Origin: a bacterium
GTDB lineage: Bacteria > UBA8248
DNA length: 64,000 nt
Assembly (NCBI GenBank): GCA_963692865.2
Contig: OY843592.1
Span: 1,664,001 to 1,728,000 of the forward strand
Direction of reading: 5' to 3'
The notes under the pieces are model-generated. The model was given only the letters and a program-made list of their open reading frames with translations. It was not told where the DNA came from and ran no database searches. The position numbers and the translations under genes are program-made. Below, piece after piece: positions 1 to 11,269 of the stretch. Numbering within the stretch: position 1 is the first letter of the stretch; each line of letters begins with the position of its first letter.

Positions 1-1
1 G

Positions 2-208
2 TATGAAACCTGCAGCCTCATCGAGCGGTATATTGGCCTTGGGTTGATATTCTGCGGGATCGGGGCGATGCGGAAAGGAACAGATGCGAGAGCGGCTGAT
101 TCCGAGCGCAGGCATGAACAGAACATGCGAAAACTCGATGAGAGCATAGAGGGGATGAGAGCCCTCATCGAAGGGCAAAAGGTTCTCATCGAGCGCACCG
201 GCGGCTGA
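2..208 (+). CDS. 3' part of a small protein with a hydrophobic segment and coiled-coil tail (start lies before the window)
   Basis: Open frame from base 2: YETCSLIERYIGLGLIFCGIGAMRKGTDARAADSERRHEQNMRKLDESIEGMRALIEGQKVLIERTGG*. Confidence 0.55.
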   Translation, partial: YETCSLIERYIGLGLIFCGIGAMRKGTDARAADSERRHEQNMRKLDESIEGMRALIEGQKVLIERTGG

Positions 209-292
209 TACCGGAATTTGCCGGTTTTTTATGCCCTCCCCTTGCGCCACCCCCATATTCAAACCGGGACGCCGCCAAAATCCGTTTGCTCG

Positions 293-321
293 TTGACAAC
301 AGGGAGCGAGGCCGACATAAA
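293..321 (+). promoter_or_regulatory. Candidate sigma70 promoter for HNH-uvrB-uvrC
   Basis: TTGACA (293-298), 17-bp spacer, CATAAA (316-321); weak -10. Confidence 0.4.
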
Positions 322-379
322 GGGATACGGAAACATGATTGGTATCCCGTCGCCCATCTGTATCGAGGGAGCGCATAGG

Positions 380-907
380 GTGATCGAGCAATCACGCGTT
401 CTGGTGCTCAATCAAACGTATGAGCCGATAAACGTCTGCAACGCGCGCCGCGCGATTCGCATGATGATCAACGGAAAAGCCGATACCGTCGAGACGAACG
501 GTTTGCTCGTCCGCAGCGAAGCGATGGAGTTTCACCTGCCCGCCGTCATACGGTTGAGAACGTACGTTTACGTTCCGCGCCGGAGCCGGATTCCGTTCAG
601 CAAAAAGAACGTGATGCGCCGCGACGAGAATACATGTCAGTATTGCGGGGTGAAAGGCGGATATTTGACGGTGGATCACGTGGTGCCGCGCTCCCGCGGC
701 GGCCGCTCCACCTGGGAGAACGTGGTTTGCAGCTGCCGGAGATGCAACGCGAAAAAAGGAGACCGCACGCCTGAGGAGGCGGGCTTGAAGTTGAAGGCGC
801 ACCCCGAGAAGCCGAGATCGTTCATATTGCACCACTTGAGCCATCGTTTCCCTGCCTCCGCGCAGCACGTGTGGGAAAAATACCTCCACCCCGCTCGATT
901 CGCTTGA
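380..907 (+). CDS. HNH endonuclease (stand-alone McrA-like family)
   Basis: GTG after GGGAG; VLVLNQTYEP N-terminus; RD..CQYCG...TVDHVVPRSRGG..WENVVCSCRRCNAKKG Zn-finger/HNH motif. Confidence 0.9.
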   Translation: MIEQSRVLVLNQTYEPINVCNARRAIRMMINGKADTVETNGLLVRSEAMEFHLPAVIRLRTYVYVPRRSRIPFSKKNVMRRDENTCQYCGVKGGYLTVDHVVPRSRGGRSTWENVVCSCRRCNAKKGDRTPEEAGLKLKAHPEKPRSFILHHLSHRFPASAQHVWEKYLHPARFA

Positions 908-996
908 CGCCCAAGGTTTATCAGCCTTCCTTTATCCGCTAAACTTTCATCCGCTCGATTTTTCGAGTCGCCTGAGTCGGAGGCTGAGGACCCTTC

Positions 997-3006
997 ATGA
1001 GCAGCTTCGAGCTCCATTCGAATTTCTCGCCCACGGGCGATCAGCCCGAGGCGATAGACGCCATCGTCCGGCAGTTCGAAGAGGGCCAGAACCACCAGGT
1101 TCTCCTGGGCGTCACCGGTTCCGGCAAGACGTTCACGGTGGCGAACGTCATCGCGAAGATGGGAAAGCCCACGCTCGTCATCGCCCACAACAAAACCCTG
1201 GCCGCGCAGCTTTATAACGAATTCAAGGGGTTTTTCCCCAACAACGCGGTGGAGTATTTCGTCAGCTATTACGACTACTACCAGCCCGAAGCCTACGTCC
1301 CCACCACGGATACGTTCATCGAAAAAGACGCCTCCATCAACGACGAACTCGACTGCCTGCGCCACGCGGCCACGCGCTCCGCTCTGATGCGCGAAGACGT
1401 CATCGTGGTGGCGAGCGTGAGCTCCATCTACGGTCTGGGTTCGCCGGCCGATTATTTCGACCTGCACATCGATATTTCCGTCGGCATGGAGATGGACCGC
1501 GAGGAGTTGCTCACGCAACTGGTGAGGATTCAGTACCGGCGCTCGGACGCGGCCTTGCGCCGCGCCTCTTTCCGCGCGCGGGGGGACGTCGTCGAAATCC
1601 TGCCCGCCCACGAGGAAGAACAGGCGATTCGCGTCGAATTCTTCGGAGATGAAATCGACTCCATCACGGAAATCGAGCCGATGCGGGGCGTCGTTTTACG
1701 GAAACTCGACCGGGTGGAGATTTACCCCAACAGCCACTACATCACGCCCGAGGAGAGGCTCTCGACCGCCATCGAGGCCATTCAGAAGGAATTGTGGGAG
1801 CACGTGGCGGAGCTCAATGCGCAAGGCAAATCTTATGAAGCGCAGCGCCTGCAGCAGCGGACCTTGCAGGACATCGAGATGCTCAGGGAAGTGGGCTACT
1901 GCCATGGGGTGGAGAACTACAGCCTGCACCTGGACGGGCGCTTGACGGGCGAGCCGCCCGCGACCCTGTTTTCATATTTCTCGCGCGATCATCTGGTGGT
2001 GATAGACGAGAGCCATCAGAGCATCCCCCAGATCAGGGGCATGTACCGGGGAGACCGCTCGCGCAAGGAAACCCTGGTGTCCTACGGCTTCCGGCTGCCC
2101 TCGGCCCTGGATAACCGCCCGCTCGAGATGAGCGAGTTCGAGGCGAATCTCAAGAACACGATCTACGTTTCGGCGACGCCCGGCCCCTACGAACTGGAGA
2201 AGAGCGAAGGCGTCGTCGTGGAGCAGTTGTTGAGGCCCACCGGCCTGGTCGATCCACCGGTGGAGGTCCGGCCGGTGCAGGGGCAGGTGGACGATCTGCT
2301 GGCCGAGGTGCGCCGAGTGGCGGCGATGGGAGACCGCGCCCTCGTCACCACCCTGACGAAAAGATTCGCCGAGGATCTGACGGAATACTATGAGGATTTG
2401 GGGGTCCGGGTACGTTACATGCACAGCGACATCGACGCGCTCGAGCGCGTGCGGATCATCCGCGACCTGCGTTCGGGCGTTTTCGACGTTCTGATCGGCA
2501 TCAACCTGTTGCGCGAGGGACTGGATTTGCCCGAAGTCGCTCTCGTGGCCATATTCGATGCGGACAAGGAAGGTTTCCTGCGATCGGAGACTTCGCTCAT
2601 CCAGACCTCGGGCCGCGCGGCGAGGCACTTGAGCGGCCGGGTCATCATGTATGCGGATCGCATTACCGACAGCATGCGCCGCGCGCTGGATGAGATGGAC
2701 AGAAGAAGGAGCATCCAGCTCGCCTACAACGAGGCGAACGGGGTTGTGCCCCGCTCCATCAGCCGCAGGATGGACGAGCTTCTGGAAGCCTCCGCCGTGC
2801 CGGGTGACGGCGACGCCTTCCCGTGGGAAGAGGCGGACGAGCCGGAATTTTCCGAGATGGACGCGGCGGCGCTGGATGCGCTTCGCGCCCGGATGCACGA
2901 GGCGGCCCAGAAGCTCGAATTCGAGCGGGCCGCCGGGATTCGCGACAAGATACTCGCCATCGAGCGCCGCCAGCTCGGCCTCAAGCCCTCCAGAATCGCG
3001 ACATGA
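997..3006 (+). CDS. uvrB: Excinuclease ABC subunit B
   Basis: [16 protein letters not shown] Walker [29 protein letters not shown]-terminal UVR domain. Confidence 0.98.
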   Translation: MSSFELHSNFSPTGDQPEAIDAIVRQFEEGQNHQVLLGVTGSGKTFTVANVIAKMGKPTLVIAHNKTLAAQLYNEFKGFFPNNAVEYFVSYYDYYQPEAYVPTTDTFIEKDASINDELDCLRHAATRSALMREDVIVVASVSSIYGLGSPADYFDLHIDISVGMEMDREELLTQLVRIQYRRSDAALRRASFRARGDVVEILPAHEEEQAIRVEFFGDEIDSITEIEPMRGVVLRKLDRVEIYPNSHYITPEERLSTAIEAIQKELWEHVAELNAQGKSYEAQRLQQRTLQDIEMLREVGYCHGVENYSLHLDGRLTGEPPATLFSYFSRDHLVVIDESHQSIPQIRGMYRGDRSRKETLVSYGFRLPSALDNRPLEMSEFEANLKNTIYVSATPGPYELEKSEGVVVEQLLRPTGLVDPPVEVRPVQGQVDDLLAEVRRVAAMGDRALVTTLTKRFAEDLTEYYEDLGVRVRYMHSDIDALERVRIIRDLRSGVFDVLIGINLLREGLDLPEVALVAIFDADKEGFLRSETSLIQTSGRAARHLSGRVIMYADRITDSMRRALDEMDRRRSIQLAYNEANGVVPRSISRRMDELLEASAVPGDGDAFPWEEADEPEFSEMDAAALDALRARMHEAAQKLEFERAAGIRDKILAIERRQLGLKPSRIAT

Positions 3007-4916
3007 GTGATTCCGCGCTCTCCCCCAGTTCGATTTCCGTGGGCGAGGACCGCTCGGGGCTGAAGTCCTTGCCCGAAAAACCGGGGATATACATTTTCAG
3101 GAACCGGACGGGGGACGTGCTCTACGTCGGCAAGGCCTTGCGTCTGAGGAGCCGGGTGCGCAGTTATTTCGCGAAAAGGGCCGGCCGGGGCCCCTGGATT
3201 CAGAAAATGGTGGAGGAATCCTCCACCATAGAGCACATCGTGACGGCCAATGAGATCGAGGCGCTCATCCTGGAGAGCAATTACGTCAAGAAGCACAAGC
3301 CGCGCCACAACGTGCTTTTGCGCGACGACAAGCATTTCCCCTACATGAAGCTGAGTACGAGCGAGGACTACCCGCGCCTGAGCATCGTCCGCCGCCCCGC
3401 GGGCGACGGCGATTCCTATCTCGGGCCCTTCCCCTCGGCGAGCAGCCTCAGGCGCACGATTCGCTTCTTGCAGAAGACGTTCCACATCAGGCCCTGCACG
3501 GGCGGTCTGGAGGACAAGACGGCGAAGCGGTGCATCTATTTTCAGATGGGCCAGTGCCTGGGGCCTTGCGACGATCTGCAAAGCGAAGAGGCGTACAGGG
3601 GAGGCGTCGACGACGCGCTCGATTTCCTGAAAGGGAAGAACCGGGAGCTGGTTCGAAGGCTCAAGAAGCAGATGCAGGAACACTCGGAGGAGTTGCAGTA
3701 CGAATCCGCCGCCAAGGTGCGGGATCAGATTCGGGGCATCGAGCACGTCACCGAGCGGCAGACCATGCTGTCGGTGAAGGGGGGCGATCAGGACGTGCTC
3801 GGCTGCCACCGGGAGGGAGAGAAAGCGGCGTTCCGCCTGTTTTTCATCCGGGGCGGCAGGTTGCTGGGAGACCAGGGGTTCCACGTGGCCGCCCGCGAGG
3901 GCGTTCCCGACGGGGAAGTCGTCTCCGCGTTCGTGAAGCAGTATTACGCCGGGAAGACGTTTTACCCCGATGAAGTGCTCCTGCCCTCCCCCGTGGACGA
4001 CGCTGCGCTCATCGGAGAGTGGCTGTCCGGGAAACGCGGCAAAAGGGTGTCCGTTTTTCATCCCCGCCGTGGAAACAAGCGCCGGCTGGTCGAGATGGCG
4101 AGCGAGAACGCATCGCACGCCCAGGAGCGGGAAAACGCCCAGCTCAGCAAGGAGCAGCGAACGCTCGAGGAAATTCGCCAGGCGCTGGGGCTCGAGGAAC
4201 TGCCGGTGCGCATCGAGGCGTTCGACGTATCGAATCTGCAGGGAAGCAACATCGTCGGCGCCAGCGTCATGTTCCAGGACGGGCGCCCGCTGAAGGACGG
4301 CTACCGCCGCTACAAGGTGAGGAGCGTGGGGGAATCGCCGGATGATTATTCCTCCATGCGCGAGATCGTTTTCAGGCGTTTGGAGCGTCTGGTGAACGAG
4401 GGAGGCGAGATGCCCGATCTTCTGCTGATCGACGGAGGGAAGGGGCAACTCTCCTCGGCCGCCTCGGCGCTCGAGGAACTCGGGCTTGCGGACGTGGCGC
4501 TGTGCGCGATCTCGAAGGGCAGGAGTTCCGACAACCCCGAAGCCCACGACGTGGTTTTCCTGCCCGGACGCCCCGACCCCGTTCGGCTCGCCGAAGGCGG
4601 CGCGCCGAAGCTCCTGCTCCAGAAAATCCGCGACGAGGCGCACCGGTTCGTCCTGACGTTCCACCGGACGCGCCGCAGGCGCACCGGAATCAAGAGCGGC
4701 CTCGACGACGTGCCCGGCCTGGGCCCCAAGCGCAGGCGCGCGCTCTTGCGGACCTTCGGGAGCCTGCGGGGCGTCCTGGAGGCGAGCGATTCAAAGCTCC
4801 TGGAAGTAGAGGGCATCACGCCGAAACTCGTCGCCGCCCTGAGGGAAAAACTCGGCGGCGGGGGCGCACTCGTCGAGGGAGCCGGGGAGGGCGCTTCCCG
4901 GAGGAGCGAACCTTGA
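3003..4916 (+). CDS. uvrC: Excinuclease ABC subunit C
   Basis: GIY-YIG domain ([19 protein letters not shown]), [25 protein letters not shown], HhH; ATG overlaps uvrB stop. Confidence 0.97.
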   Translation: MSDSALSPSSISVGEDRSGLKSLPEKPGIYIFRNRTGDVLYVGKALRLRSRVRSYFAKRAGRGPWIQKMVEESSTIEHIVTANEIEALILESNYVKKHKPRHNVLLRDDKHFPYMKLSTSEDYPRLSIVRRPAGDGDSYLGPFPSASSLRRTIRFLQKTFHIRPCTGGLEDKTAKRCIYFQMGQCLGPCDDLQSEEAYRGGVDDALDFLKGKNRELVRRLKKQMQEHSEELQYESAAKVRDQIRGIEHVTERQTMLSVKGGDQDVLGCHREGEKAAFRLFFIRGGRLLGDQGFHVAAREGVPDGEVVSAFVKQYYAGKTFYPDEVLLPSPVDDAALIGEWLSGKRGKRVSVFHPRRGNKRRLVEMASENASHAQERENAQLSKEQRTLEEIRQALGLEELPVRIEAFDVSNLQGSNIVGASVMFQDGRPLKDGYRRYKVRSVGESPDDYSSMREIVFRRLERLVNEGGEMPDLLLIDGGKGQLSSAASALEELGLADVALCAISKGRSSDNPEAHDVVFLPGRPDPVRLAEGGAPKLLLQKIRDEAHRFVLTFHRTRRRRTGIKSGLDDVPGLGPKRRRALLRTFGSLRGVLEASDSKLLEVEGITPKLVAALREKLGGGGALVEGAGEGASRRSEP

Positions 4917-6460
4917 AGGCGAAGGACATCGGCTATTCCATATTCTCGGGCCTTTTGCTGGCGTCCTTGTTCCCGCCGTTTCAGTTCGAGGTTTTGGCCT
5001 GGATCGCGCTCGTTCCCCTTTTGTGGGTGCTCGAGGGCAAAAAACCGAACGAAGCGTTCGCGCTGGGCCTGGTGAGCGGCCTGGTTTCTTTCGGGATCAT
5101 CATCTGGTGGGTGAAAATTTCCATGGCCACCTACGGGGGGCTGTCGGCGGCGCTCGCGTGGCTGATCACCGCCGTCCTGGCGCTTTATCTGTCGCTCTAC
5201 CCGGCGCTGTTCGCGTTTTTGATGGTGCGGTTGCACGCGGGCGGCACTTTTCTCACCTTTTTCATGGCGGCGCCCCTGTGGGTCTCGCTGGAGCTTTTGC
5301 GCGCCTATTTTTTGTCCGGCTTCCCGTGGGCGCTGCTGGGCTACAGCCAGTACCGCCATTTGCACGTCATTCAGATCGCCGATCTGGCGGGCGTATACGG
5401 CGTGTCGTTCTTCATCGTGTTCGTCAACGCGGCGATCTGGCATTTCTTCCGCTTTCCGCGCAAGGCGCCCTTTGCGGTCGCTCTGGGCGTTTCGCTCTCG
5501 GCGGCGCTCGTGTGGGGCTATGGTTACCTGCGGCTTCACGAGGTGCCCATCGAGACGGCAGGCGCGGCGCGCGCGGTCGGCATCGTTCAGGGCAACGTCG
5601 ATCAGTCCGTGAAGTGGGCGCCCCGGTGGCAAAAACGCATCATCGCGAAGATGGGGAAGCTGACGAGGGAGTTGAGGGGCCGTTTCCCCGCGGACGGCGC
5701 GGCTCCTCCCCCCCTCATCGTCTGGCCGGAAGCGGCGGCTCCTCTTGTTTACCAGCGAAGCGCGGAGGGAAGAAGGCGTCTCCGTGAACTTGCCGGAGAC
5801 GCGAACTCCCACCTGCTGTTCGGCGTCCTCGCGGAGCGGGACGTGAAGGGAGGCCCCAGGTTGACGAATTCGGCGTATCTCATCGGCCCGGACGGCGGGG
5901 AAATCGGCCGATACGACAAGATGCACCTGCTGCCCTTCGGGGAATACGTTCCGCTCGGCAGGTTGTTGTTCTTCGTGAAAAAACTCGTGCCCGTCATCGG
6001 CGCGTTCAGAGCCGGGGAGAAACCCGAGGTGTTCGACGCCGCCGGCGGAAAGTTCGGCGTCCTGATCTGTTTCGAGGTGATTTTTCCGCGTGTGGCGCGG
6101 CGTTTGAAGGACGCGCAGTTTCTCGTCAACATCACGAACGACGCATGGTTCGGCGAGACGGCGGCTTCCGAGCAGCATTTGTCGATGGTGGCGTTCCGGG
6201 CGGTGGAGTTGCGTATGCCGATCGTCCGTTCGGCCAACACGGGAATCAGCGCGCTCATCGAGCCCACCGGAGCGATTCGGATACGAAGTCCTCTTTTCGA
6301 GGAGTGGATACACGCCGATGTCATTTCCCTGAAAAAAGACGCTCCCGGCGTTTACGCCAGGGTGGGGGATGTGTTTGCATACGCCTGCGTTTTCGTTTCC
6401 CTGGCGGCGGTTTTATTGTTCCGCTCCAGGCGGGGCTCTCGAATGTGGTATGATAGCTAG
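4913..6460 (+). CDS. lnt: Apolipoprotein N-acyltransferase
   Basis: TM N-terminus, GFPWALLGYSQ, VQGN, WPE, YDKMHLLPFGEYVP, ICFE, TNDAWFG, RSANTGISA; TTG start overlaps uvrC stop. Confidence 0.95.
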   Translation: MKAKDIGYSIFSGLLLASLFPPFQFEVLAWIALVPLLWVLEGKKPNEAFALGLVSGLVSFGIIIWWVKISMATYGGLSAALAWLITAVLALYLSLYPALFAFLMVRLHAGGTFLTFFMAAPLWVSLELLRAYFLSGFPWALLGYSQYRHLHVIQIADLAGVYGVSFFIVFVNAAIWHFFRFPRKAPFAVALGVSLSAALVWGYGYLRLHEVPIETAGAARAVGIVQGNVDQSVKWAPRWQKRIIAKMGKLTRELRGRFPADGAAPPPLIVWPEAAAPLVYQRSAEGRRRLRELAGDANSHLLFGVLAERDVKGGPRLTNSAYLIGPDGGEIGRYDKMHLLPFGEYVPLGRLLFFVKKLVPVIGAFRAGEKPEVFDAAGGKFGVLICFEVIFPRVARRLKDAQFLVNITNDAWFGETAASEQHLSMVAFRAVELRMPIVRSANTGISALIEPTGAIRIRSPLFEEWIHADVISLKKDAPGVYARVGDVFAYACVFVSLAAVLLFRSRRGSRMWYDS

Positions 6461-6519
6461 GGTCGTCCGGGTGGACTCCGCGCCGAGGGGCCGTGGAGTC
6501 GTATTTCGAAAGATGGGAG

Positions 6520-7648
6520 ATGTCGATGGAAGAGTTATGCAGGAAATGCGAGCAACTGGAGGCGCGCCTCCTTGAACTGCGAGGGCGGCTTTGACCTCGA
6601 CCGATTGCAGGCGGAGCGCGCCAGACTCGATAAACTCGCCGGAGAAGCGGATTTCTGGAACGACGCCGAAGCCGCTCAGAACGCGCTGAGGCAGCGCGCT
6701 TCTCATGAGAAAACGATACGCAACTGGGAGAACCTGAGCGGGAGGCTCAAGGAACAGATAGAACTTCTCCAGCTTCTCGAAACGGAAGAAACGTCCGAAT
6801 CGGAATTCCTGAGCGATATCGAAAATACCGTTTCCTCTCTCCTCGAGGAGGTCGCGCGTCTGGAGTTCGAGTTGGCCATGGATTCCGAGGAAGACAGGGC
6901 AGGCGCCATTCTCTCCGTGAACGCGGGGGCGGGCGGCGTCGAAAGCCAGGACTGGGCCGAAATGCTCTTTCGCATGTATGCGAGATGGTCGGAGGAGAAG
7001 GGGTATCGGGCGCGTCTCGTCTCCATACTCGGCGGGGAGGAGGCCGGCATCAAGAACGCCACCCTCATCGTTCAGGGGGAGTATGCCTACGGATATCTTC
7101 GGGCGGAAGTCGGCGTGCATCGCCTGGTAAGGATTTCTCCCTTCGACGCCAGCTCGAAGAGGCATACCTCGTTCGCTTCCGTGGACGTCGTCCCGGAAGT
7201 GTCCGATGACGTGGAAATCGAGATCGACGAGAACGACTTGAGGATTGACGTGTTCAGGAGTTCGGGCGCCGGCGGACAGCACGTGAACACCACGGATTCC
7301 GCTGTGCGGATTACGCACCTGCCCACGGGCATCGTGGTCTCGTGTCAAAACGAGAGGAGCCAGCACAAAAACCGCGCCACGGCCATGAAGCTGCTGCGCG
7401 GGCAGTTGTACGAAATGGAGAAGCGGAGGCGCGACGAGGAAAAAGAAGCGCAGCACGCCATGAAGAAGACCATCGGGTTCGGGAGCCAGATTCGTTCCTA
7501 CATCCTGCACCCGTACCGGATGGTGAAGGATCATCGAACCGACGTGGAGCGCTCGGACGTGAACGCCGTGCTGGACGGGAGTATCGACGCCTTCATCGAC
7601 GCCTACCTCCTTTCGCTGATACAGGAGAAGGCCAATGCGCGCGCCTAG
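6520..7648 (+). CDS. prfB: Peptide chain release factor 2, translated via +1 programmed frameshift (375 aa)
   Basis: ATG 6520, 24 codons, then CTT TGA C (6589-6595) after SD-like GAGGG; +1 frame has SPF and GGQ motifs. Confidence 0.97.
6581..6595 (+). promoter_or_regulatory. prfB autoregulatory +1 frameshift site
   Basis: GAGGGCGG-CTT-TGA-C matches the canonical RF2 shift site. Confidence 0.95.
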
Positions 7649-7737
7649 CCGCCGGCGTATGAACCGGGTGGCGGCGAGCGGGGGAATCGCGGTTTCCGCC
7701 GGATGCGGAAGGAAAAGGGTACGGGAGGAGCGCCTCA

Positions 7738-9270
7738 GTGGCGGATGAAGCGACGCCGTCGCCGGATGGGCGGGACGATGAAAACATCTTGATCCGGCAG
7801 CGGAGAAAGAAGCTCGAAGGGATTCGCGCGTCCGGCGCCAACCCCTTCGTGAACCGGTTCTTCACGACGCATCAAATCGGCGCCGTCGTCGAAGAGTTTC
7901 ATGAAGTGCCTGCGGATGGTTTCGATGAGGCGAAAGAAGCGAATTTTTCCGTGGCCGGAAGAATCATCGCCAAGCGGGTGCAGGGAAAGGTCGCCTTCGT
8001 CGATCTGCGCGACGGGACGGGGCAGATCCAGCTGTTCATTCGGATGAACGAAATCGGCGAGGAGGCTTTTCAGGCCGCCAGGGAGCTCGACATCGGCGAT
8101 ATCGTCGGCGCGGAGGGCGGGGTGTTCCGCACGAGGATGGGCGAACTCTCCGTCTGGGCGCGCCGGCTGAGCCTGTTGACGAAGAGTCTGAGGCCCCTGC
8201 CTGAAAAATGGCATGGCCTGCAAAACGTGGAGGCGCGCTACCGGCAGCGGTACGTGGATTTGATAGCGAACCCCGGCGTGGTCGAAGTTTTTCGGGCGCG
8301 CACCCGGATGATTCAGTCGATACGCCGCTTTCTGGACGACTTGAATTTTATTGAGGTCGAAACCCCGATGATGCAGGCCATCGCCGGCGGGGCGGCGGCC
8401 AGGCCGTTCACCACCTACCACAACACCCTGGAAATGCCTTTGTACCTCCGCGTGGCGCCCGAGCTCTATCTCAAGCGCCTGGTCGTCGGCGGAATGGACC
8501 GCGTCTACGAGATCAACCGCAACTTCAGGAACGAAGGCATATCCACGCAGCACAACCCCGAATTCACCATGCTGGAATTCTATATGGCGTATGCGGACTA
8601 CAACGATTTGATGGCGCTGACGGAGAAGATGCTGGGGTCGCTGGCCCGGGAGGTTTTGGGTGATGACGTGTTGAGGTACGGGGACGAGGAAATCTCGTTT
8701 CGGCCACCCTGGGCGCGGCGCAAATGGCGCGATTCCATCGTGGAGGTGGGCGGAGCGCCGAACGACGTCCTGGAAGATCAGGAAAAAGCCCGTCTCTTCG
8801 CCAGGAAAGTCGCGGAGCCCGAGGGTTATCCCATACCGGACGGGATGGGCCACGCGCGCATCCTGGAGTATCTGTTCGAGGAACTGGTGGAGCCGAAGCT
8901 CAGGCAGCCCACGTTCATTTATGATTTTCCAAAGGCCCTCTCGCCCTTGTCCAAGAGCCGGGAAGACGATCCCGATACCGTGGAGCGGTTCGAGCTCGTC
9001 ATCGCCGGGCGCGAGATCGCCAACGCCTACACGGAGTTGAACGACCCCGACGATCAGCGCGCGCGCTTCGAGGAGCAGGAAGCGGCGAGAGAGGCCGGCG
9101 ACGAGGAGGCCCACGAGATTGACCGGGATTATCTCACGGCCCTGGAATACGGCCTGCCGCCCACGGCGGGCGAGGGGATCGGGATTGACAGGCTTGCGAT
9201 GCTGCTGACGAATACGCATTCGATTCGCGACGTCATCCTTTTCCCCCTGATGCGGAAACAACAAGGCTGA
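7738..9270 (+). CDS. lysS: Lysine--tRNA ligase (class II)
   Basis: [61 protein letters not shown]. Confidence 0.98.
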   Translation: MADEATPSPDGRDDENILIRQRRKKLEGIRASGANPFVNRFFTTHQIGAVVEEFHEVPADGFDEAKEANFSVAGRIIAKRVQGKVAFVDLRDGTGQIQLFIRMNEIGEEAFQAARELDIGDIVGAEGGVFRTRMGELSVWARRLSLLTKSLRPLPEKWHGLQNVEARYRQRYVDLIANPGVVEVFRARTRMIQSIRRFLDDLNFIEVETPMMQAIAGGAAARPFTTYHNTLEMPLYLRVAPELYLKRLVVGGMDRVYEINRNFRNEGISTQHNPEFTMLEFYMAYADYNDLMALTEKMLGSLAREVLGDDVLRYGDEEISFRPPWARRKWRDSIVEVGGAPNDVLEDQEKARLFARKVAEPEGYPIPDGMGHARILEYLFEELVEPKLRQPTFIYDFPKALSPLSKSREDDPDTVERFELVIAGREIANAYTELNDPDDQRARFEEQEAAREAGDEEAHEIDRDYLTALEYGLPPTAGEGIGIDRLAMLLTNTHSIRDVILFPLMRKQQG

Positions 9271-9272
9271 AG

Positions 9273-10532
9273 ATGTCCTTTTCCACGGAACTGTTCATCG
9301 GCTTCAGGCAATTGCGCTCGCGGAGCAAACTCGCCTTCGTCTCGCTCACCACCTGGATATCCGTGGTGGGCATCGCGCTGGGCGTCACCACCCTCATCGT
9401 CGTCGTGGGCGTCATGACGGGGTTTCAGCGGGAATTCCGCGACAAGATACTGGGCACGCAAAGCCATATCGTCGTCACGAGATCGGGCGCTTCCCTGATG
9501 CGCAAGTGGCCGGAGGTACTGGAAAAGGCGCGCGGTCACGAGGGCGTGGTGGCGGCGAGCCCCTTCGTGTACGGGCAGGCGATGTTCTCGTTCAACAACC
9601 GCGTGATGGGCGCGGTGGTGCGCGGGGTCGTGCCGGAACGGGAAATCGACGTGACGGACATCAGAAAGTACTTGAAGGATGGTTCGCTCAAGAAGGTGCT
9701 TGAGAAGCACGGCGGCAAGCCGGGCGTTATCGTCGGGGCCGAACTCGCGAGGAACCTGCTCCTCAAGGTGGGCGATTCGGTATCGATGGTCAGCCCCGTG
9801 GGCGTGGTTACGCCGATGGGCCTGGTGCCCCGGACCAAGAGTTTCCAGGTGGTCGGAATCTTTCGCAGCGGGTTTTACCAATACGACGCGAGCCTCGCGT
9901 TCATCTCGATGAAGGAGAGCCAGGCGTTCTTCGGGTTCGGAAAAGCCGTAACGGGGGTCCATTTGCGCGTGGAGGACATTTTCTCGGCCGAGCGTATTTC
10001 CCGCAAAATTCAGGGCGCCCTCTCGGGGGGGTATCTGTCGCGCTCCTGGCAGGAAATGAACCGCAAGCTGTTTTCCGCGCTGAAAACGGAGAAAACCACG
10101 CTTACCATTCTTCTTCTTCTCGTCGTGGTCGTCGCCGCCTTCAACATCGTCGGCTCGTTGGTCATGGTGGTGATGGAAAAGGGACGTGAAATCGCCATCC
10201 TGAAGTCGATGGGCGCGACGAGCGGCGCTATCTTGAGGATATTCTTCGTTCAAGGCGTTTTCATCGGTCTTTTGGGCGCCGTGCTGGGAATCGGCGGAGG
10301 CCTCGTCCTGGGCTGGAATCTCCATATAGTCGAGGGTTTTCTGGAGCGCGCGTTTGGTCTGGACATCCTGCCTCACAGCGTTTACCATATAGAGAAATTG
10401 CCGGTGCAGATGACGCCTTTTGACGTCTCTGTCACAGCGGTATCCGCTTTCTTGATCTGTTTGGCGGCGACACTTTATCCAGCGTGGCGCGCTTCTCGCG
10501 TCGATCCGGTAGAAAATCTCCGTTATGGTTGA
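9273..10532 (+). CDS. lolE: Lipoprotein-releasing ABC permease LolC/E
   Basis: ISVVGIALGV, VAAFNI, EIAILKSMGA, YPAWRA motifs; upstream of lolD. Confidence 0.93.
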   Translation: MSFSTELFIGFRQLRSRSKLAFVSLTTWISVVGIALGVTTLIVVVGVMTGFQREFRDKILGTQSHIVVTRSGASLMRKWPEVLEKARGHEGVVAASPFVYGQAMFSFNNRVMGAVVRGVVPEREIDVTDIRKYLKDGSLKKVLEKHGGKPGVIVGAELARNLLLKVGDSVSMVSPVGVVTPMGLVPRTKSFQVVGIFRSGFYQYDASLAFISMKESQAFFGFGKAVTGVHLRVEDIFSAERISRKIQGALSGGYLSRSWQEMNRKLFSALKTEKTTLTILLLLVVVVAAFNIVGSLVMVVMEKGREIAILKSMGATSGAILRIFFVQGVFIGLLGAVLGIGGGLVLGWNLHIVEGFLERAFGLDILPHSVYHIEKLPVQMTPFDVSVTAVSAFLICLAATLYPAWRASRVDPVENLRYG

Positions 10533-11259
10533 TCCGGGTATATTGGAGATGAGTGAGTCCGCTTCTCCGGGAGGCGCGTCGCCGCAGGTTATCGTCACCA
10601 GGGGCTTGGAGAAGTCATACCCCATGGGTGGCGGCGAGGTGGTGGCTCTGAGCGGCGTCGATCTCGAAGTCGGCCTTGGCGAGATGGTGGCCGTCATGGG
10701 GGTCTCGGGAGCGGGGAAAACCACCTTGCTCCATCTCTTGGGAGCGCTCGACAGGCCGACGAAGGGAGAAGTGATTCTGGAGGGCAAAAGCCTCTGCCGT
10801 TGCTCCGAAGCCGAGTTGGCCCGATTGAGAAATCTGCATGTGGGCTTTGTGTTCCAGTTTCATTACCTTTTGCCGGAGTTTTCCGGCCTGGAAAATGTTA
10901 TGATACCCGGGTTGCTGCGCGGGGCCCGTAAAAAAGAGACGGAGGAACAGGCGAAGGAATTGTTGTCTCGGATGGGTTTGGCCGACAGATGGAGTCATCG
11001 GCCGGGAGAACTTTCCGGGGGAGAGCAACAAAGGGTTGCGATTGCCCGCGCGTTAATTAACAATCCTTCTGTGGTGCTTGCGGATGAACCGACGGGGAAT
11101 CTGGATTCATCGACCGCAGAAACGATATTCGAGTTGCTTCGGGAAATTAACGAGCGAAGCGGGCAGACGATTTTGGTGGCGACGCACAATAATTCGATGG
11201 CGGAAAGAATGGATCGTGTGATCTCCGTGGTGGATGGGAAAATAGCTCATAAAGAGTAA
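10525..11259 (+). CDS. lolD: Lipoprotein-releasing ABC ATPase
   Basis: GVSGAGKTT, GFVFQFHYLLPEF LolD motif, LSGGEQQR, ADEPTGNLD. Confidence 0.93.
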   Translation: MVDPGILEMSESASPGGASPQVIVTRGLEKSYPMGGGEVVALSGVDLEVGLGEMVAVMGVSGAGKTTLLHLLGALDRPTKGEVILEGKSLCRCSEAELARLRNLHVGFVFQFHYLLPEFSGLENVMIPGLLRGARKKETEEQAKELLSRMGLADRWSHRPGELSGGEQQRVAIARALINNPSVVLADEPTGNLDSSTAETIFELLREINERSGQTILVATHNNSMAERMDRVISVVDGKIAHKE

Positions 11260-11269
11260 GGAGGGCCGT

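Noticed and set aside
218-907. IscB/Cas9-like RNA-guided nuclease, and the 229-aa start at 218
   Set aside because: No RuvC or PLMP motifs; the family N-terminus and RBS point to GTG 380 and an ordinary 175-aa HNH protein.
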